A stretch of 48,965 bases of DNA from positions 1 through 48,965 of the IMG/VR virus record IMGVR_UViG_3300042922_000279. The stretch is one strand, 5' to 3'. Both the position numbers and the translations under genes were made by a program. The notes under the pieces are model-generated. The model saw only the letters and a program-made list of their open reading frames with translations. It ran no database searches and was not told the DNA's origin. Each line of letters opens with the position of its first letter. Within the stretch, counting starts at the first letter, position 1. Source of the stretch: a virus (taxonomy: Duplodnaviria > Caudoviricetes). Shown piece by piece: positions 42,912 through 48,965 of this stretch.

Positions 42912-44399
42912 TTAGGCGATTGTTGCGCCGACATTTTTGTAAATTCCACGATAGTCACGAACTGAGATACCCCAGTCCAGGAAGATATCCCATGTAAATC
43001 CAAGAACTCCAGGAGCCTCCATACGTCTGATGGTCGGAGTTTCCTGTCCGTTTAGATAGTCTACTTGAATCCCTTTTGCACTTGAAGGTGCAGCTGTCAA
43101 GAACCAAGGAACTTTATTTGCTCCCGCAAGAGCATTTAATACCGGTGTCTGAATTGGTTTGAGTGGATAATTGTATAGCGGATTGATGTCATTGTTCGCG
43201 GAACCTGTTACCTGAGTTGAATGGAATATAACAGCGAGATCAAATTCATATCCAACACCAACAACCAAATGTAATGGTGTCATGTAGATTGGCTTACCGA
43301 ATGGATCCGTCTGTTTCTGCATCTGAAGGATAGCAGCCTGGATTGTAGCCTGGCTTGGTGCAGCCCCTGCACCGGTAATCAGGTTCTTATGATCTGCATG
43401 GAATAATGCTTTTCCATCGTAAATGTTACCATTGCTATAAACAAGATTATAAACCTGCTCATCAATGGTCTTCTTTGCGCTTGTTGCATAAAGTCCAGGG
43501 ATCTCGGTCAAGAAACCGATATCATCATTAATGAATGCCTGACGGCTCATGGAAAACTGACGGCCATATGTATCAAGTTTTCTGTTCGGCAGTAATTCGG
43601 TTGATGGAGTATCAGCCTTCAGTTCACCGTTTTCAGGAACCTTTAGGAAGCTTCCTGCACCACCAATTACATACTGATGATCTGCAGTAGTCTTAAAGTC
43701 TTTTAAGCTGCCCTTCTGTGTCCATGCCTGAAAGGTAGTTGGAACTTCGTTGTACTGCTGGGTAATATTCTTCTCGATTGTTGAGTCAAGAATTGCCGGG
43801 AACGCTGCTGTCGGATTGTAGAACTGGCGACTTACCATGGCGAGTATCTCATCATGATCCATTCTTCTTAAGGATAGTTCGTTCTGTCCCTCTCTTACAA
43901 GACTCTCGATTGCAAGGTCTTTTAAGCTCATACTTCTAAGCTCTCTGGCACCATCTGCCGGCTTAACAACCGACGAACCGGATCTCATTAATAGAGCGTC
44001 AGATGCTGCTGCCCTGAACTTATCACCTTCATCTTTGATGCTTGCTGCACCGATGGGAGCATGGCTCTTTTTCATGTTATCGATTACAGCTGATCTTACA
44101 TCAGCTACGGATGTGCCCGTTTTAATATAGTCTGCAGGTTCCAGATTGAATTCACGACATAATTCCGTAATTTCTGCTGCTCGTGTTCTCTCGAATTCGA
44201 TTGCTCTCTTCTGGTCTTCTGTCATTGTAGCGGATTTTTCAGCCGCCTCAATTTGATTACTCAGTTGATCAATCTCTCTCTGAAGAGAGTCAAACTCAGT
44301 CTTTTCTTCAGCATTCATATCTCTTGATGCTGCTTTAGCTGCATTGACGATTTCCTGTTGTCTCTGCACTTTTTCTTGTCTAATCTTTTTTGGATCCAT
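42912..44399 (-). CDS. Major capsid protein with N-terminal scaffold domain
   Basis: FPAIL...DFK...ENGE...TYGRQFSMSRQAFINDD...DYRG. Confidence 0.92.
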   Translation of the reverse strand: MDPKKIRQEKVQRQQEIVNAAKAASRDMNAEEKTEFDSLQREIDQLSNQIEAAEKSATMTEDQKRAIEFERTRAAEITELCREFNLEPADYIKTGTSVADVRSAVIDNMKKSHAPIGAASIKDEGDKFRAAASDALLMRSGSSVVKPADGARELRSMSLKDLAIESLVREGQNELSLRRMDHDEILAMVSRQFYNPTAAFPAILDSTIEKNITQQYNEVPTTFQAWTQKGSLKDFKTTADHQYVIGGAGSFLKVPENGELKADTPSTELLPNRKLDTYGRQFSMSRQAFINDDIGFLTEIPGLYATSAKKTIDEQVYNLVYSNGNIYDGKALFHADHKNLITGAGAAPSQATIQAAILQMQKQTDPFGKPIYMTPLHLVVGVGYEFDLAVIFHSTQVTGSANNDINPLYNYPLKPIQTPVLNALAGANKVPWFLTAAPSSAKGIQVDYLNGQETPTIRRMEAPGVLGFTWDIFLDWGISVRDYRGIYKNVGATIA

Positions 44400-45085
44400 T
44401 AATTGTTACCTCCTATATGATTTTTATTTATTTGAAGTTGCCTTTCAAAATAATCAAGTGTTCTGATACTCTCCTTATTGCTTTCTTTAGGAATATTATC
44501 ATTAATATCCCTTCCGACACCAACGGTTGGATCAGCTGGTACGCTTACAATGGATACCTCATAAGGAGTCCATTTTCTAGCTATACTAGCCGGTCCTGTA
44601 AAGCGACCATCTGCTGATATCTTATTTGGCAATACTTCTTCCCATGAGTCTATCTGGTATGCTACAGATACACCTTTTAATGTACCACTTACTACTTTCT
44701 GATAGATTTTCTCAGCCTCAGCATCTGTATCAAATTCAACCTCGGCGCATCCTCTGTTATCTTCAATCCATGCCTTATTGACTTTTCCAATTACTACATC
44801 CCGGTTATGATTGAAGAGAAGGCAGCCTATCTCATTTAATCTTGTGAGATCCGCACATCCTGTACTGTGATCCAAGATTTCAGTTCCCCACCACCGATTG
44901 TATGGTTCTTCTGAGGAAAAGCTAAGAATACGCTTTCGTTCGTTTCCGGATCCTTCTACAGCTCTGATTGAAGAGATACCAAGATATCTAGACTCCTGAT
45001 TACTTCTTTTTTGCTTTTGCTGACTTTCCTTTGCCTGATCCGCTGTTCGTTCCATCCTCTGCGGTCTGCTCCGGCTCATCATCAT
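44399..45085 (-). CDS. HK97-family prohead protease
   Basis: LSFSSE...LLFNH...GVSVAY...YEVSIVSVPAD; start uncertain. Confidence 0.9.
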   Translation of the reverse strand: MMMSRSRPQRMERTADQAKESQQKQKRSNQESRYLGISSIRAVEGSGNERKRILSFSSEEPYNRWWGTEILDHSTGCADLTRLNEIGCLLFNHNRDVVIGKVNKAWIEDNRGCAEVEFDTDAEAEKIYQKVVSGTLKGVSVAYQIDSWEEVLPNKISADGRFTGPASIARKWTPYEVSIVSVPADPTVGVGRDINDNIPKESNKESIRTLDYFERQLQINKNHIGGNN

Positions 45086-46556
45086 AGAGTTCCTGTTTTG
45101 TTTTATCAAAGATTACACCTCCCATCTCAATTCCTTTTGATTTTGCATATTCTAAAACGTCATTGATTTCATTTATCTGGTCTTTCCAATCCCTGCCGTT
45201 TTCTGCCGCTATCTGTTTATATGTCTTTTGCCCTGTCTGAAGCGCTATCTTTGTTGCATTTGCTTCTTTAAGTGGATCAATCCATTTCTTAGGCGCTTGT
45301 ATCCATTGATGCTCGAAGTATTCATTCTTCTTGCCCCAGAAGTTACTTAATTCAAATAATCCACTCAAATATCCAGAAATAATAAAGGTTTCATATACTT
45401 CATCCATGACCTCAGTTAAGAGTTCAATTTCTTCGGTATACGTTAGCCCATCTTCTATCATTCCCTGCCTTGCTGATGAGTAATTTGTTTCTGACATATC
45501 CCTAGATGTTGCTTCATAGCTAATACCCTGCCCTGCGCCTACCAATCTTTGCTGTAATTTGATGTAGGCCGTAGCATCGGTTGCTTGTCCACTAGGATTA
45601 ACGACCTGTACTTCGTCACCTGCATTCAGTTCATGGATCATACCGGGAGAGATTGTTTTCCCTTCATAATCCTGATTTCTTGTAGTTGAACCTGTTCCTG
45701 TTCCTCTACCTAAACCAGTCGTGGGAAGCTGTTTCTTGATGAATACCGATAAACATGCTTCTATTCTCTCCTTTACAGATACTGCCTCCATAAATTGGTT
45801 CGCATCACGTATTCTTGTAATGGTTGGTGACATGTCAGACATTTCTCTAACCTGTGATGGTCTCCGCTTTGAGAAATAGAATATTACATCCTTTGCTTCG
45901 ACATATATTGGATTGTCGATACCGTATCCATCAATGCTGTATTGCTTTATCCAATAACCTACCGGCTTGTTGTAGCTGTTGTATTCTATTCCACCGACAA
46001 CTTTATTTCCCTGATTTCTAGGGATTGCAAGTGTACTGTCTAATTCATCTACTTCAACCGCCTGTAGTTTAAATGGCACTAATCCATCGCTGGTATATCT
46101 CTTTAAGAAAAGAATTCCACCGTCTACCTTCTTTCTTTCAACGGCCATTCTCATCATTTGATTGAAGCTCTGAGTTCCGGTTACATCGCAGTTCTGCTTT
46201 TTACACCAGCGCTTCCAAGTCGTTTCAATTACTTTATTTGTATCATCACTCAGTGTCTTGGCCTGAAGTGTATAACCACCACCTATAACATTTCGTTTAT
46301 AAGCACCAACAACCGAGTTCATCATGTCAGAATTGCGTTCAAGGTCTCTTGCCCTAGCTCGAACATTATCTCTACTGTACCGGTCCGTATATTCCGCGGA
46401 TTGATTTGTGACTCTCCAGTTTGTATTCGTACGATCAAAGCTTCCAGCATCATAGTTCCGCATTTCGTCTAAACTCCTGCGCCATGCTTCCCTCTTAGCA
46501 CCTTGTTGAGGTGAAATAAATCCTATTAATCCATCTAACCAATTCAAGCTTTTCAC
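45000..46556 (-). CDS. Portal protein, lambda family
   Basis: RARARDLERN, R.SQVR, NYSSARQG, WIDPLKE. Confidence 0.95.
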   Translation of the reverse strand: MKSLNWLDGLIGFISPQQGAKREAWRRSLDEMRNYDAGSFDRTNTNWRVTNQSAEYTDRYSRDNVRARARDLERNSDMMNSVVGAYKRNVIGGGYTLQAKTLSDDTNKVIETTWKRWCKKQNCDVTGTQSFNQMMRMAVERKKVDGGILFLKRYTSDGLVPFKLQAVEVDELDSTLAIPRNQGNKVVGGIEYNSYNKPVGYWIKQYSIDGYGIDNPIYVEAKDVIFYFSKRRPSQVREMSDMSPTITRIRDANQFMEAVSVKERIEACLSVFIKKQLPTTGLGRGTGTGSTTRNQDYEGKTISPGMIHELNAGDEVQVVNPSGQATDATAYIKLQQRLVGAGQGISYEATSRDMSETNYSSARQGMIEDGLTYTEEIELLTEVMDEVYETFIISGYLSGLFELSNFWGKKNEYFEHQWIQAPKKWIDPLKEANATKIALQTGQKTYKQIAAENGRDWKDQINEINDVLEYAKSKGIEMGGVIFDKTKQELYDDEPEQTAEDGTNSGSGKGKSAKAKKK

Positions 46557-46786
46557 CTCCCACTAAAAACAGCGCATACGGTATCATCCAGAAGTTTATT
46601 AGCTCCTTGTGCTGCTACCTGTGCTGTCAAATCATTTTTCATTTTGTATAATAGGTTCAGATCTGCACGAGTTAGTTTTCGTGTACCAATTTGATATGAT
46701 TGTCCACCTACCAGAACTGAATAAATGGCTTTATCCACTTCTGTAAGCATTTCCTGTGGTGAAGTTTTTTCCGTTATATCGCTCAT
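46553..46786 (-). CDS. gpW-like head completion protein
   Basis: GGQSYQIGTRKLTRADL, between terL and portal. Confidence 0.85.
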   Translation of the reverse strand: MSDITEKTSPQEMLTEVDKAIYSVLVGGQSYQIGTRKLTRADLNLLYKMKNDLTAQVAAQGANKLLDDTVCAVFSGR

Positions 46787-46788
46787 AC

Positions 46789-48651
46789 TTACTTTCCTCC
46801 TTGCAACCAAGAGTCATGCTTTTTTATCCATCCTTCTTCGGGAGCATGCTGTGTGTTAACTTTCATGGTTTCTCCTTCTTTATCATCGTTGATATTGACC
46901 AAATGGAGTGATCTAACTCCAAGAATGTCGGCTGCTGCCATCGCATAAACCTCAGCATCTAGGAAGTGGTTATCCGCATGTGATGATTTTTTAACCCATT
47001 CAAGTCTTGAATTCTTACCGTTTTTTACATTAACTTTATGCTCAGCTGTAACCTGCTTCGCATATTCTTCATCACACCCTTGATAGACCATCCATGATCC
47101 GCTACCATTCTCTTTTTGCATACGGCCGGCTATCATGTCTTTGTATTTACTACCATCAACCATGACTAAATTCATTCCATATGCCCTGGAAGACTCTTTG
47201 TTGACCTTACTCATTTTATAATGAGATAGCATAGGGTTTGATGAACCTTTGCACGGTAGCGCCCAGTCAGATGTATTAGAGCAAAAATCATATACCTCAT
47301 CAGTATTGTTTCCTGAGTCAATCAAAGCCAGGTTCACAACAAACTTTTCACCGTTGAACTTTTCATACTGAAGGTTCATTACTCTTTCTAATTCAGCAAA
47401 GGAATAAACTTGTCCATGGCATATATTCTGGCTTGTAATAAAGTCTCCCCATGCTCTGATAGTCCAATAAATACTATTTTCCTGTACATCTACTCCTCCG
47501 GTAATGAGCTTGGTCCATTCTGGTACCGTAAATTCACCATCATCCGATTGTCTATCCATTACTAGATCTTCTGATGTCTTTAATTTGCTGTCTTCCCATG
47601 GTTCTGCAAGCCATGAATTAATAAAATTCTGTAGTTGCTCCGGATCATCCTTTGCTTCTAGAAATTGTTTTACTGCATCATGCCAATTTACAAATATGCT
47701 GTATAATGAATTAATCCAAAAAGAAACGCTTTTGGGTTTTCCTACACACTTACGACTCATATCCTTCCATTGCCCTTGTCTAAGCATGGATGGTTTCAGT
47801 TTGTCATCGATGATGCATGCACACTCCTGACATACATATCTAGCAGTAACTGCTCTTTCTTCGATGCTCATTTTTTTACTTTCATCTTTATCAAAAAATA
47901 CTTGTTTCCACTTCAGTTCTATAAATTCTCCACAGTGTGGGCATGGTACAAAGTAATGTCTAATAACGTCCGCTGCTTCATGTAGCTTCCAAACATAATT
48001 ACTTTTTAACGTAGGAGTTGAGCAAGTATATATTTTTCTGGAGTGATTGAATGTTTTTGTTCGTTCCACCGCCAATGAATAAGGCGATGCTTCCTTTTTG
48101 GATGCACCGCCCATCTTATCTATCTCATCAAACATTAAGTATTTAATTGCTTTTGATGCAAGTTTACTTGGTGAATTCGCACCTCTTAAATACAATGTCA
48201 TACCACTGAATTTCAGTTTTAATTCTTTAGAAGAGTTTTTATAAAACTTTTCTTTTAAAATAGGACTCTTATTAAATGCTGGTTGTAATTTTTCAGTGGA
48301 TATATCTTTTGCGAGATCATCGGTTGGATATACAATCATTGTAGGTGAAGGATTCTGAGTAATAACCCATCCCAACATATTAATGAGTGCTTCTGTACCA
48401 CCAACCTGTGTCGGCTTACAGAAATTTATATAAACTATATACGGATCATTAAAACAATCCATTATTTCAACTAAGTAAGGTGTTACATCATTAGACCATC
48501 TACCCGGCAAGCTGCTGGACTCATCCAGTACACGATATTTTTCTGCCCATTCACTTACTGACAACTGCTCCGGTTTTGATAGACATCTTTTGAGTGTCCT
48601 CCGGAATAGATTTGCTGTTTTTTGTCTTGATCTTAGTTTATAGTTGCTCAC
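46789..48651 (-). CDS. terL: Terminase large subunit, lambda GpA family
   Basis: KPTQVGGTE, FDEID, STPT, CPHC..CQEC, GVDVQ, NHFLD. Confidence 0.96.
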   Translation of the reverse strand: MSNYKLRSRQKTANLFRRTLKRCLSKPEQLSVSEWAEKYRVLDESSSLPGRWSNDVTPYLVEIMDCFNDPYIVYINFCKPTQVGGTEALINMLGWVITQNPSPTMIVYPTDDLAKDISTEKLQPAFNKSPILKEKFYKNSSKELKLKFSGMTLYLRGANSPSKLASKAIKYLMFDEIDKMGGASKKEASPYSLAVERTKTFNHSRKIYTCSTPTLKSNYVWKLHEAADVIRHYFVPCPHCGEFIELKWKQVFFDKDESKKMSIEERAVTARYVCQECACIIDDKLKPSMLRQGQWKDMSRKCVGKPKSVSFWINSLYSIFVNWHDAVKQFLEAKDDPEQLQNFINSWLAEPWEDSKLKTSEDLVMDRQSDDGEFTVPEWTKLITGGVDVQENSIYWTIRAWGDFITSQNICHGQVYSFAELERVMNLQYEKFNGEKFVVNLALIDSGNNTDEVYDFCSNTSDWALPCKGSSNPMLSHYKMSKVNKESSRAYGMNLVMVDGSKYKDMIAGRMQKENGSGSWMVYQGCDEEYAKQVTAEHKVNVKNGKNSRLEWVKKSSHADNHFLDAEVYAMAAADILGVRSLHLVNINDDKEGETMKVNTQHAPEEGWIKKHDSWLQGGK

Positions 48652-48664
48652 CTTCCCACCTACT

Positions 48665-48965
48665 TTACATTAAGGAGATATCATCTTCATTTCCTTCCGA
48701 AGTGTCTTCATCATCGTCATCATCGTCTTCATCTTCATCGTCATTGTCATATTCAGAAGGACTTTCTTTATTTATCGTATCCGGGTTATATTCTGATAGC
48801 TCTTCCAATGTATCTATTAGTTCCTCTGTCAACAGCTTGATGATCCTATTTATATCGTTCTCACCCATAACTTGGATTGCAACTTTATTTGGAATTGAAA
48901 GAAGTCTATTTTTAAAATTAATGAGCATTTCGCTCAAATACATTTCAACATCTGCTGCCGTATGA
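48665..48965 (-). CDS. terS: Terminase small subunit, 3' part with acidic tail
   Basis: Continuation of 393..1 across the circular junction. Confidence 0.9.
   Translation of the reverse strand, partial: HTAADVEMYLSEMLINFKNRLLSIPNKVAIQVMGENDINRIIKLLTEELIDTLEELSEYNPDTINKESPSEYDNDDEDEDDDDDDEDTSEGNEDDISLM
48839..48965. repeat. Terminal direct repeat, right copy
   Basis: Identical to 1-127. Confidence 0.95.

Noticed and set aside
48839-48965. 127-bp repeat as a biological direct terminal repeat
   Set aside because: Falls inside terS, length equals a common assembly k-mer, and the terminase is cos-type
48594-48965. Ser-rich + strand ORF
   Set aside because: Reverse complement of the Asp/Glu codons in the TerS tail

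Overview
The window is a complete temperate tailed phage genome from a spore-forming Clostridia host, probably Lachnospiraceae-like (inferred from gene families, RBS and promoter types). Bases 1-127 equal 48839-48965, so it is a circular assembly of 48,838 unique bp, and the small terminase gene runs across the junction. The minus strand carries lambda-type packaging and head genes (Nu1/GpA terminase, portal, protease, capsid), a P2-like contractile tail, a tail fibre with a CE4 deacetylase domain, an AT-rich moron region and the lysis genes. Next come a sporulation-promoter-linked module (ParM/ParR, four small membrane proteins, a VirB4/HerA-type ATPase, an ArdA-like protein), an intact palindromic attP, a large serine recombinase and the immunity region. 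A long early operon follows, with an HUH rolling-circle Rep, PcfJ/PcfK and a RinA/ArpU-like late activator next to a lambda-like cos. Most interesting: (1) the mother-cell-promoter ParMR/translocase module; (2) a non-cleavable repressor flanked by two small peptides resembling its C-terminal hairpin, one under a LexA box; (3) a tRNA-like RNA paired with an RHH regulator; (4) a proteasome-beta-like moron; (5) several unannotated structured or antisense RNAs. All protein calls come from motif recognition by eye; no database search was run.
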